Assembly (NCBI GenBank): GCA_963822945.1
Contig: CAWGJO010000020.1
Location: 864,001-928,000 of the forward strand
DNA: 64,000 nt
Direction of reading: 5' to 3'
From: an uncultured Gemmatimonadaceae bacterium
GTDB lineage: Bacteria > Gemmatimonadota > Gemmatimonadetes > Gemmatimonadales > Gemmatimonadaceae
In this document: piece by piece, positions 1 to 9,353 of the stretch
How positions within the stretch are numbered: the first letter of the stretch is position 1
Layout: each line of letters opens with the position of its first letter
Position numbers and translations under genes: made by a program
The notes under the pieces: generated by a model
Databases searched by the model: none
The model's input: only the letters and a program-made list of their open reading frames with translations
Told to the model about the DNA's origin: nothing

Positions 1-661
1 CCTCACTGCACACCGGGCCATTCCAGTTCTCGAACAGCATGGCCGGCCTCGAGATGCAATACCGGCTGCGAGCGCTGGCCGACGCGCAGCTCTACTGGGA
101 AATGGATCTCGATGACTTCGACTTCAGCCGCATCACGCAGTGCGGTCGTGGCTGGACGACGGAGCCCACGTGTTCGGACTGTCCCTGCCGCGGTTGGGCG
201 CCGGCGGCCAGTTTGCCGCGACCTTCGAGTTTCATCACACCGGATCGCGATTCAATCGTCACGCGGAGTTCCGCGACGGTCCGACGGTGGACGGCTTCCT
301 GCTCGGCGAACCGCTGGGGCCGGACGCCGACGGGGGATACGCGTACTTCGACTGGAATGCCGCCAACGGCTCCGGCGCCACGCTCGAGCTGGCAGACGAA
401 GCGTATCGCGACAACCAGTACGTGTCGAACGACCCCGGGAAGACGTCGCTCGTCCACATCGTCCAGTACCTCCCGCAGGAGCGGCGCCTGCGCGCCATGC
501 TCACCGTGCACGGTCCGCAGTTGAGCCGCGGGCTGGGCGTCCGCGTTCAGGCGGGGGTGGAGCACGTGAACCGGTTCGGGTTCACGGACGGCGTCACCCG
601 CAACTGGGCGCTGCTCAACCTGGTGCTCAACTACCGCTTCGGGGCGACTGGCGGATTCTGA
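1..661 (+). CDS. Outer-membrane beta-barrel, probable capsule-assembly Wzi-family protein (5' truncated by window edge; frameshift near 138)
   Basis: Frame of ORF 39 gives FQFSNSMAGLEMQYRL..QLYWEMDLDDFD, continuing in ORF 140..661, which ends in an alternating beta-strand (WALLNLVLNYRF). Wzi similarity is from recall only. Confidence 0.45.
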
Positions 662-713
662 GTTCCGACGACAGGTTCTCCGTTCCCACCTGTCCCACAG
701 GAGCTGTTCCCGC

Positions 714-2117
714 ATGCACACCTCCCTTCGCATGGGGGCGATTGCGGCCGTGCTGGCCGCCACCGCCGCTCCCCTCCGGCCACTGGCGGCGCAGGCGTCC
801 GCGCGCAGCGTGCCCGAGACCTACGCCATCACCAACGCGCGCATCGTGCCGGGCAGCGGCCCGGCCATCGAACGCGGCACGGTGGTCATCCGCAACGGAC
901 TGATCGCCGCCGTGGGCGCCAACGTCAGCACGCCGGCCGACGCCCGCGTGGTCGACGGATCCGGGCTCACGGTCTACCCCGGGTTGGTCGACGCCTTCAG
1001 CAGCCTCGGCATTTCCGCGCCGGAACCGCCGAACGGCGGCGGTCGAGGCGGCGCCGGCGGCGCCGCCAGACCGGCGGCTTCGGGCCCGCAACCCGGGTCC
1101 GACGCCGACCACCCGTGGGGAATCACGCCCGAGGTGCTGGCGGTCGATCTCATGCAGGTGGACGAGCATACGTTCGACGGCCCGCGCAGCGCCGGCATCA
1201 CCACGTCGCTGTCGGCGCCCACCAGCGGCTACCTGCGCGGACGCGCGGCCCTGGTGGATCTGTCCGACGAGAACCTGCCCGACGCCGTGGTCAAATCACC
1301 GGCCGCGATGACGATGGCATTCAGCCGCGGAGGGCGCGGGGGCGGTGGTGGGTTCGGCCGAGGCGGATACCCCGGCTCGCTGATGGGCATCTTCGCGGCG
1401 TTCCGGCAGGAGGTGCTGGACGCGCAACGCTACGGCACCTGGACGGCGATGTACGACCGGAATCCTCGTGGCATGGAACGCCCGACCATGGATGCCGGAC
1501 TCGATGCCATGCAACCGGTGGTGAACGGCCAGATGCCGATCATCTTCGAAGCCAACTCGGCGCGTGAGATCGACCGCGCCATCAAGCTGGCGCGTGAATT
1601 CAAACTCAAGGCGGTGATCGCCGGGGGCGCCGAGGCCGACCAGTGCATCCCGGAGCTCAAGGCGTCGGGCATTCCGGTGCTGCTGTCGCTCGACTTCCCC
1701 ACGCGCGCGGCCACCGACACGGAGCCGCAACTGCTGAAGACGCTCGAACAACGCGTCGACGCCCCCAAGGTGGCGGGCAAGCTGGCCGCGGCCGGGGTGG
1801 CGTTCGCGTTCTCGAGCGGCGGGATCACGAACTGGACGGAGTTCCTGGGCAATGCGGCGAAGACGGTGTCGGAAGGACTGAGCGCCGACGCCGCGGTGCA
1901 GGCGTTGACGGGCACGCCGGCCCGGATCTTCGGGGTCGCGCAACAGCTCGGCTCCATCGAGCCCGGCAAGATCGCGAATCTCACCATCACCCGCGGGGGG
2001 CTGTTCGAACCCGGCGTGAAGGTGGAGACGTTGTTCATCGACGGCCGGATGATCAGACCAGAAGTGCCGGCGACGAATGGAAGGGGCGGACGGGGTGGTA
2101 GGGGAGGTGCGAAATGA
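714..2117 (+). CDS. Secreted amidohydrolase-family protein, metal ligands degenerate
   Basis: Signal peptide, AITNARI and VVDGSGLTVYPGLVD N-terminal motifs, C-terminal GSIEPGKIANL. The HxH position reads AFSS. Confidence 0.85.
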   Translation: MHTSLRMGAIAAVLAATAAPLRPLAAQASARSVPETYAITNARIVPGSGPAIERGTVVIRNGLIAAVGANVSTPADARVVDGSGLTVYPGLVDAFSSLGISAPEPPNGGGRGGAGGAARPAASGPQPGSDADHPWGITPEVLAVDLMQVDEHTFDGPRSAGITTSLSAPTSGYLRGRAALVDLSDENLPDAVVKSPAAMTMAFSRGGRGGGGGFGRGGYPGSLMGIFAAFRQEVLDAQRYGTWTAMYDRNPRGMERPTMDAGLDAMQPVVNGQMPIIFEANSAREIDRAIKLAREFKLKAVIAGGAEADQCIPELKASGIPVLLSLDFPTRAATDTEPQLLKTLEQRVDAPKVAGKLAAAGVAFAFSSGGITNWTEFLGNAAKTVSEGLSADAAVQALTGTPARIFGVAQQLGSIEPGKIANLTITRGGLFEPGVKVETLFIDGRMIRPEVPATNGRGGRGGRGGAK

Positions 2118-3662
2118 GAAACGGCGACCACTTCGAAACGGCGCAGGGCCGAGACCACGCAGGGCACATACAGCGCAGGGCCGAAACCACGCAGGGCATG
2201 AACAGCGCAGGGCCGAAACGGCGGGGAATCGGAATGAAATTCAACAGCGGATTGCTTCAAACTGCGAATGGTAAACTGCGGGTGCTCCTTGGGGTGTTCA
2301 TGGCTCTCGGGCTCGCAACGGCGTCGGCAGGGGCGCAGACTGCGATGACGCACGTCATCAAGCCCACGCTCATCAAGAACGCGACGATCATGACCGTGAC
2401 CAGGGGGACGCTGAACAACAGCGATCTCCTGATCGAACACGGGAAGATCGCGAAGATCGGGAAGAATCTCTCCGCCCCCTCCGATGCCACGGTGGTGGAC
2501 GGGACGGGGAAGTACGTGATGCCGGGGATCATCGACCCGCACTCGCACTCGATGATCGACGCGGTGAACGAAGGGAACGCTGTCGGTGACGTCGATGGTG
2601 AACATGATCGACGTGCTCGATCCCACCTCGCCGGCCATCTACCGCGAGCTGGCGGGCGGCGTCACGACGATCAACGTGCTGCACGGCTCGGCGAACACCA
2701 TCGGCGGGCAGACGGTGACGGTGAAGCTGCGGTGGGGCTATCCGGTGGACTCGATGATCTTTCCCGGCGCGCTGCCGGGCATCAAGTTCGCGCTCGGCGA
2801 GAACGTGACACGCAAGAACTCGCTGTTGCAGCCGGGCCAGGAGCGGCGGTATCCGTTCACGCGTATGGGCCAGGAAGAGGTGCTGCGCGACGCCTTCACG
2901 CGGGCCCAGGACTACAAGGCCACCTGGGACGCCTACAATGCCGCGGTGGCCAGGGGCGCGAAGAACCTGGTGCCGCCGCGCCGAGACCTGGAACTCGAGC
3001 CGCTGGTGCAGATCCTGGAGCACAAGCGGATCGTCAACGCGCACTCGTATCGCTCCGACGAGATGCTGATGCTCGCCAACCTGGGCAAGGAGTTCGGATT
3101 CCACATCCTGTTCCAGCACGGGCTGGAGGGCTACAAGATCGCCAGCGAGTTGGCGGCGGACGGCGACATGCTGTCGACGTTCGAGGACAGCTGGGGCTAC
3201 AAGATCGAAGCCGAGGACGCGATTCCGTACAACGTGGCGATCCTGATGCGGCACGGCGTGGTGACGACCATCAACTCCGACGACGACGGGCGTGCCCGTC
3301 GCCTGAACGTCGACGCCGCCAAGGAGATGCGCTACGGCGGGCTCACCGAGACCGAGGCGCTGAAGACGATCACCTACAACGGTGCCGTGCAGTTGGGCGT
3401 GCAGAACCGGGTGGGGTCGCTGGAGGTGGGCAAGGACGCCGACCTCGCCATCTGGGACACCGACCCGCTGAGCGTATACGCGCACGTGGAGCAGACGTAC
3501 GTGGACGGCGAGAAGCTGTTCGACCGCCAGGAAGACATCGCGCGCCGCGATTCGCTGGCCGCGCTCAAGGCCCAACTCGAACAGGCGCCGGAGAACCGGC
3601 TGCCGGCGCCGGCACGCGGACGCGGGCGCATCGTTCCACAGACCACGGGAGGGAGCCGCTGA
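2114..3662 (+). CDS. Secreted metal-dependent amidohydrolase (frameshift near 2575; alternative start 2234)
   Basis: MPGIIDPHSH (HxH), IKFALGEN, NAHSYR, QHGLEG, NSDD, GSLEVGKDADL. Removing one base near 2575 joins ORF 2114 to ORF 2586..3662. ATG 2114 overlaps the upstream stop (ATGA) and has GGAGGT at 2103-2108. Confidence 0.85.
2142..2213 (+). repeat. Five copies of CGCAGGGC at exact 16-bp period
   Basis: Copies start at 2142, 2158, 2174, 2190 and 2206. Alternating spacers give a higher-order 32-bp unit. Confidence 0.9.
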
Positions 3663-4992
3663 TGCCACGCATGCTTCGCATGGCCGCCGTAGCGGCAGCG
3701 GTGACGCTCGCGCCGGCCGCGGCACGGGCGCAATTCGGCGTGGTCAATCCGCCGGCCGGCCCGCAGGGCACGTTCGCCATCACCAACGCTCACATCTTCC
3801 CGGTGTCGGGCCCCGAGATTCCCCGGGGCACGCTGGTGATCAGCGGCGGGAAGATCACGGCGGTGGGCGCCGGCGTCAGCGTGCCCGCGGGCGCCAAGGT
3901 GATCGACGCCACCGGGCTGAGCGTATACCCGGGCATGATGGACGGCGCATCGATGCTCGGGCTCTCCGAGATCGGACAGGGCGCCGCGTCCACGGTGGAC
4001 GACGCCGAGGTGGGAAACTTCAACCCCAACGCGCAGGCGTTCTACGGCATCAATCCGCACAGCGCGATCATCGCCATCACGCGCGTGGTGGGGATCACGC
4101 AGGCGGTGTCGCGTCCGATCAGCGGGGTGATGTCTGGGCAGGCGGCGCTGATCCGGCTGGAGGGCTCCACGGCGCCGGAGCTGTCGATGGTGCAGGACAT
4201 CGCGATGGTGGTGACGCTGCCCGGTTCGGGCGGAGGGCGCCGCGGCTTCGGCGGCTTCGGGCGGGGGGCGGCGGCAACGCCGCGCAGCAGCAGAAGCAGC
4301 AGATGGATTCACTGGAAGCGCTGATCGCGAACACACGCGCGTACATCAAGGCGTGGGACGCGTACAACGCCAACACCGCGCTGCCGCGTCCTGACCACGA
4401 CGTGGTGCTCGAGTCGATGATCCCGATGGTGCAGGGCAAGCAGCTCGTGATGTTCAACGCCGACCGCGAGGCGGACATCCGCAAGGCGGTGGAGTTCGCC
4501 GAGCAGAACCGGCTGAGGCCGGTGATCGTCGGCGGGCGCGAGAGCTACAAGATGACGGGCTACCTGAAGGACCATCACGTGCCGGTGGTGCTCACCGGGG
4601 TGCGCGAGCTGCCGGAGAACGAGGACGAGCCCTACGACGTGAACTTCTCGACGCCGGGCAAGCTGGCGGCGGCGGGGGTGCAGTTCGCGATCAGTTCCGG
4701 GGAGTCGCCGCCGGACATGCGCGACCTGCCGTACGTGGCGGGCGAGGCGGCCGGCTTCGGGCTGAGCAAGGAGGACGCGCTCCGCAGCGTGACACTGTGG
4801 CCGGCACAGATCTACGGCGTGGCCGACCAGGTGGGGTCGCTGGACGTGGGCAAGGTGGCCAACGTGGTGGTGACCACGGGCGACCTGCTGGAGCCGCGCA
4901 CCGATACGAAGTACCTGTTCATCGACGGGCGGCCGGTGCCGCTGACGACCAAGCATTCGGAGTTGTACGACGCGTTCAAGGATAGAAAGTAA
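3662..4992 (+). CDS. Secreted amidohydrolase-family protein, metal ligands degenerate (frameshift near 4275)
   Basis: TGATG coupling with the upstream gene, signal peptide ending [21 protein letters not shown] (no HxH). C-terminal half is ORF 4303..4992 with [13 protein letters not shown]. Confidence 0.85.
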
Positions 4993-4993
4993 A

Positions 4994-5030
4994 GTCAGAC
5001 AGTCGGACAGTCGGACAGTCAGACAGTCGG
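4994..5030 (+). repeat. Tandem octamer array (GTCRGACA)4 plus a partial copy
   Basis: GTCAGACA GTCGGACA GTCGGACA GTCAGACA GTCGG directly after the stop at 4992. Confidence 0.95.
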
Positions 5031-5040
5031 GATTCGGAAG

Positions 5041-5068
5041 CGGGGCGTGCAGTGGGCTGCACGCCCCG
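5041..5068 (+). terminator. GC-rich hairpin, possible terminator or RNA-stabilising stem
   Basis: Perfect 12-bp stem CGGGGCGTGCAG-TGGG-CTGCACGCCCCG. The U-tract is poor. Confidence 0.5.
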
Positions 5069-5146
5069 TCCCGTTGGGGTTCTTTCGCAACCCGCCGTTT
5101 AGTCGTAGTCTGTGTTTGCCATCCTACCCTCCTACCCTTCCACCCC

Positions 5147-6436
5147 ATGCAGAACAGACGTCGCTTCGTGACCAGCATGCTGAATGCGGCGGTCGCGCTT
5201 CCGGTCATGAACTCCCGCGCCTTCCGGCACCTGGAGAACGCCACGCTGATCGCCGGCCGGCGACCGCCGGCGTCGGTGGCCGAGGACGAGGACTACTGGG
5301 GGCAGATCCGGCGGTCGTTCGATCTGGACGACACGCTGATCGATCTCAACAACGCCGGGTGCAGCCCCGCGCCCACCCACGTGATCGAGCAGATGATCCG
5401 CGATCTGCGGTTCAGCAACGAGCTGCCCCCGGAGCACATGTGGCGGGTGCTCGAACCGCGCATCGAGAGCGTGCGGCTGGACCTGGCGCGCGAATTCGGG
5501 TGCGACCCCGAGGAGATGGCGGTCACGCGCAACGCCAGCGAGTCGAATCTCAACGTGATCTTCGGCATCGACCTGGAGCGGGGGGACGAGATCGTCAGCA
5601 CCACGCAGAACTACCCGCGCATGGTCAACGGCTGGAAGCAGCGGGAGCGGCGGAACGGGATCGTCTTCAAGCAGATCAAGCTGCCCACGCCGCCGCCGAC
5701 GGACGACGAGGTGGTGGCGGCGTACGAGGCGGCGATCACGCCGCGCACGAAGATGATCGAGGTGATGCACGTGGGGTGGCAGACGGGCTTCATCTACCCG
5801 GTGCGCAAGATCGTGGACATGGCCCGGCGGCACAACGTGGAGGTGCTGGTGGACGGCGCGCATGCGTTCGCGCACTTCCCGTTCACGCGCGACGACCTGA
5901 ACTGCGACTACTACGGCACCAGTCTCCACAAGTGGTGCCAGGCGCCCATCGGCACGGGGTTCCTGTACGTGCGCAAGGAGAAGATCCCGCACATCTGGGG
6001 GATGTACTCCGACAACCCGGGCGAGGACGGCAACATCCGGAAGTACGAGGAGATCGGCACGCATCCGGCGGCCAACCACAACGCGATCTCGGTGGCGCTG
6101 GCGTTCCACCGCAGCATCGGCGCGCAGCGGAAGTACGAGCGGTTCCTCTATCTGCGGAACCGGTGGGCCAAGCGGCTGCTGGCGGAGAGCGACCGGGTGC
6201 ACATGATCACGCCGATGGAACGGGGGCGCGGAGGCGCGATCGGCGTGGTGGCCGTGGACGGCCTCGACATGGGCAAGCTCGGCGGGTGGTTGCAGCGGCA
6301 CCACCGGATCGTGACGACACCGATGGTGACCGACGAGTTCGCGGCGCTACGCGTGGCGCCGAACGTGTTCACGTCGCTCGACGAGATCGACTACTTCGGT
6401 GACCGGATGGTCGAGGCGATCCGGAAAGGCGTGTGA
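5147..6436 (+). CDS. Class V PLP-dependent aminotransferase fold (cysteine desulfurase / isopenicillin N epimerase-like) with Tat signal
   Basis: NRRRFV twin-arginine motif, LNNAG, TRNASE, VDGAH, and the PLP lysine in SLHKW. Confidence 0.88.
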   Translation: MQNRRRFVTSMLNAAVALPVMNSRAFRHLENATLIAGRRPPASVAEDEDYWGQIRRSFDLDDTLIDLNNAGCSPAPTHVIEQMIRDLRFSNELPPEHMWRVLEPRIESVRLDLAREFGCDPEEMAVTRNASESNLNVIFGIDLERGDEIVSTTQNYPRMVNGWKQRERRNGIVFKQIKLPTPPPTDDEVVAAYEAAITPRTKMIEVMHVGWQTGFIYPVRKIVDMARRHNVEVLVDGAHAFAHFPFTRDDLNCDYYGTSLHKWCQAPIGTGFLYVRKEKIPHIWGMYSDNPGEDGNIRKYEEIGTHPAANHNAISVALAFHRSIGAQRKYERFLYLRNRWAKRLLAESDRVHMITPMERGRGGAIGVVAVDGLDMGKLGGWLQRHHRIVTTPMVTDEFAALRVAPNVFTSLDEIDYFGDRMVEAIRKGV

Positions 6437-6448
6437 AAGATGAAAGGC

Positions 6449-6487
6449 GAAGGGTGGAGGGAGCTCCAACGGCTCCCTTCACCCTTC
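6449..6487. terminator. Hairpin between convergent genes, likely bidirectional terminator
   Basis: GAAGGGTGGAGGGAGC / GCTCCCTTCACCCTTC, a 16-bp stem with one G-U pair and a 7-nt loop. The arms are built from degenerate heptamers (GTGAAAG ATGAAAG GCGAAGG GTGGAGG). Confidence 0.65.
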
Positions 6488-6499
6488 ATCTCTCATGCT

Positions 6500-7105
6500 T
6501 TACTTCTGGATCGTGCCCGCCGTGATGACGAACTCGTCGCGGCGATTCTGCGACCAGCACGACTCATCGTGATCGGTGCAGAGGGGATGCTCTTCCCCGT
6601 TGCTGATGATCTCGATGCGGGAGGCAGCGATACCGTGGTCCGTCAGGTAGCGCTGGGCCTGCGCCGCGCGCCGCTGACCGAGGGCCAGGTTGTACTGGGT
6701 GGAGCCGCGCTCGTCCGTGTTGCCTTCGATCCGGATGGTGAGGTCCGGGTTGGCGTTGAGGATCGGGATCTTCTGGTCGAGAAGGGCCTGATCTTCCGGA
6801 CGGATGTCCGACTTGTCGAAGTCGAAGTGAATCGCGGTCGTGAGCGTGGCGCGCGCGGCCTCACGGGCGGCAGCCTCTGCACGGGCGATGCTGTCGGCAC
6901 GGGCAATGCTGTCGGCACGGGCCTTGGCGGCCGCGGCCTCACGGGCGGCGTTGGCAGCGGCGATCGAGTCGGCGATGTGCTGCTTGATTGCGGTGCTGTC
7001 GATGGGAGCGGGCGCCGGGGCGGGCGCGACGACGGGCTTCTTGTGGCAGCCCGCGAGAACGGCGGCTGCCAACAGAGCGGTGGGTACGATGAGGGATGTT
7101 TTCAT
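6500..7105 (-). CDS. pal: Peptidoglycan-associated lipoprotein (OmpA-like C-terminal domain)
   Basis: Lipobox LAGC, IHFDFDKSDI, IEGNTDERGSTQYNLALGQRRA, NRRDEF. Alanine-rich linker with a repeated ARADSI. Confidence 0.93.
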   Translation of the reverse strand: MKTSLIVPTALLAAAVLAGCHKKPVVAPAPAPAPIDSTAIKQHIADSIAAANAAREAAAAKARADSIARADSIARAEAAAREAARATLTTAIHFDFDKSDIRPEDQALLDQKIPILNANPDLTIRIEGNTDERGSTQYNLALGQRRAAQAQRYLTDHGIAASRIEIISNGEEHPLCTDHDESCWSQNRRDEFVITAGTIQK

Positions 7106-7342
7106 GGGCGGAAGATAAGGAAATCGTGGTTTGGATGCGAGCGGGTGGCATCCGTGAGACTCGCAAGGTATTACGCCGGTCACGCACGCAAGGTCCGCGG
7201 CCAGTCGCTCCGCCCTTCCGCAAAGAATTCTTGACTGATCACGGTACCGGCGCCGGCAGCGTGCACCGTCGTCCGTGGAGTGGTGCCCGCCACTCGTGCC
7301 GGCGGCCTTTCATCCATCACCGGGCCCCGCCATCTTGCCCCG

Positions 7343-8572
7343 ATGCACGTCGCACCAGATGTCCGCGGGGCACCGCCGCCGCCGGCCGACCGAACGCTAC
7401 GCTGGTTACTGGGCCTCTACCTGGCGAGCGCGGTCATCGTCGCCATCCAACGGCTGCAGCCCACTCCCGAGTACAACTTCATCATCTTCCGCGCCGCGTT
7501 CCACCATCTGGTGGCCGGGCAGAATCTCTACGCCGCCTACCCCGCCGAGTACGCGGACTACTTCAAGTACAGCCCCACGTTCGCGCTGCTGTTCGCGCCG
7601 TTCTCCGTGCTGCCGCCGCTCCCGGCGTACATGCTGTGGGCCTCTTGCTGCGCGGCGGCGGTGTATTCGGGTGTTACCCGGCTGTTACCGCCGCGCCGCG
7701 CGGCCCTGGCGCTCGCCATCTGCTGGCTGGCCGTGGTGGGCGATCTGCAGCGGGCACAGACCAATGCGCTGTGCGCCGGGCTGATGATCCTGGGCTGGGT
7801 GGCGATGGAGCGCCATCGGCAGGGGCCGGCGGCCGTCGCCATCGTCGCCGGCACGTTCATCAAGCTGTTCCCGGCGGCGGCGCTGGCCGGAGCGGTGTTT
7901 CACGGCCGGAAGGGACGGTTCGCGCTCATCGTTGCGGGGGCTCTGGTGCTGGGCGCCGCCCTTCCGCTGCTCGGGACTTCGTGGCACTCGCTGCAGGCGC
8001 AGTACCATTGGTGGGGGGTGAAGCTGCGCCAGGACTCCGTCCCCATGGCACGGTACGGCACGAGCGGAGCCGGGTTGTACGCCGGGCTCATGGGGCAGTT
8101 TCGCGTCTGGTGGGGGGTGCAGTGGCCGTTCTGGCCCACCCAGCTGGCCGGCACCGCCATTCTGCTCGCTCCGCTGCTGCGCGGCCGCCCGGCCTGGACG
8201 CCGAAGTTCCGGCTCAACTTCCTGGCGTCGATTCTGGTGTTCTGCGTGCTGTTCAACCACCAGGCGGAGTCGCCCTCGTACTCGATCGCGATGATCGGGG
8301 CCGCGGTCTGGTTTGCGGCGTCGGACCGGGGTTGGTGGCGCATCGCGCTCATCGTCGCGTGCCTGGTGGTGGTGGATCTGGCATCCACCGACCTGATGCC
8401 GCATGCGCTGTACGAGGACTACTACGTGCGGTACATGCTCAAGACGGTACCCCTCATTCCACTCTGGATCATGATGCAGGCCGAGCTGTGGAACTGGGTC
8501 GGGACCGGCGCAGGTTCAGAGATCGCGGAAGCTGATGAGCGCGATGTCCCGCTGCCGGAGCCGGTTGCCTAG
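7343..8572 (+). CDS. GT87/DUF2029-family membrane glycosyltransferase (lipid-linked sugar donor)
   Basis: Multi-TM protein with NFIIFRAAFHHLVAGQNLYAAYP, FKYSPTFALLFAPF, QTNAL, IKLFP and FNHQAESPSY. The start could be GTG 7280. Confidence 0.8.
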   Translation: MHVAPDVRGAPPPPADRTLRWLLGLYLASAVIVAIQRLQPTPEYNFIIFRAAFHHLVAGQNLYAAYPAEYADYFKYSPTFALLFAPFSVLPPLPAYMLWASCCAAAVYSGVTRLLPPRRAALALAICWLAVVGDLQRAQTNALCAGLMILGWVAMERHRQGPAAVAIVAGTFIKLFPAAALAGAVFHGRKGRFALIVAGALVLGAALPLLGTSWHSLQAQYHWWGVKLRQDSVPMARYGTSGAGLYAGLMGQFRVWWGVQWPFWPTQLAGTAILLAPLLRGRPAWTPKFRLNFLASILVFCVLFNHQAESPSYSIAMIGAAVWFAASDRGWWRIALIVACLVVVDLASTDLMPHALYEDYYVRYMLKTVPLIPLWIMMQAELWNWVGTGAGSEIAEADERDVPLPEPVA

Positions 8573-9334
8573 CGCCGGATCGGTGAGCGCCTGGAGTTCG
8601 CTCTCTCGCCCGGTGGTATAGCCGTCCACCCCACACAGCACGTCGTCCGGATACCCCGGATGCACCACCAACTCCGTGGTCCCGACCGGGAGCGCGTCGA
8701 TCACGCGGGAGAGTCCGGCGGCAAAGCCCGGCCCGCCGCGCAGCGAGAGACCGGCACAATGATCGGGCGTCGGGGCCGATGGCGCCCCGGCCGACGCGAC
8801 GCGCCACGCGCAGCCGACGAGTGCCGCGCGCAGGCGACCGGTCCCGGGGCCGAGGGCGAGGCGCCGAGGTTCGACGGGACGCCGGAGCGCCAGTCCATAC
8901 TCCGCGGCAACCCGGGCCACGGCAGCGCGGATCACGGGGAGCGCGTGCGTGTGCCGGTGCGAGTCGATGTGCGTGACGCGGATGCCCGCGCCCTGAAGGG
9001 CCGCGAGCTGGGCCTCGCACTCGGCGACGACGTCGGCGCCGCGGACGAGTCCGAGCATGGTCCGCCGCGCGGTCGCCGCCAGCGGACGGAAGGCACCGTT
9101 TCCACCGGTGAGCGAGGACGCGCCGGTGAGCGGCGAGCCGACGAGCAGGTTGAAATGGAGGCCGAAGTCGAGGTTCGGCGCCTCACGGGCACGGCGGACG
9201 CCGTCGTCCCAGCCGGGGCAGCCCACCATCATGGAGGCGGAGGTCACCGTGCCGGCGGCGTGGGCCCGGAGGATCCCGTCGGTGACCCCGGGTGCCAGCG
9301 CGAAGTCGTCGGCGCTGACGATCAGCCGCCGCAC
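8516..9334 (-). CDS. ChbG/YdjC/HpnK-family carbohydrate deacetylase
   Basis: LIVSADDF, TSASMMV, GLHFNL, HIDSHRHTH, ELVVHPGY. Confidence 0.92.
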   Translation of the reverse strand: MRRLIVSADDFALAPGVTDGILRAHAAGTVTSASMMVGCPGWDDGVRRAREAPNLDFGLHFNLLVGSPLTGASSLTGGNGAFRPLAATARRTMLGLVRGADVVAECEAQLAALQGAGIRVTHIDSHRHTHALPVIRAAVARVAAEYGLALRRPVEPRRLALGPGTGRLRAALVGCAWRVASAGAPSAPTPDHCAGLSLRGGPGFAAGLSRVIDALPVGTTELVVHPGYPDDVLCGVDGYTTGRESELQALTDPALGNRLRQRDIALISFRDL

Positions 9335-9353
9335 GCGCCGGCCGGTGGAAGGT

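Noticed and set aside
2114..4324. 736-aa ORF as a single protein
   Set aside because: It is a chimera of the second amidohydrolase N-terminus, out-of-frame sequence and the third amidohydrolase N-terminus, created by a frameshift near 2575.
6880..6925. 18-bp duplication in pal (ARADSI repeats)
   Set aside because: An ordinary low-complexity helical linker, in frame and unrelated to the dispersed repeat families.
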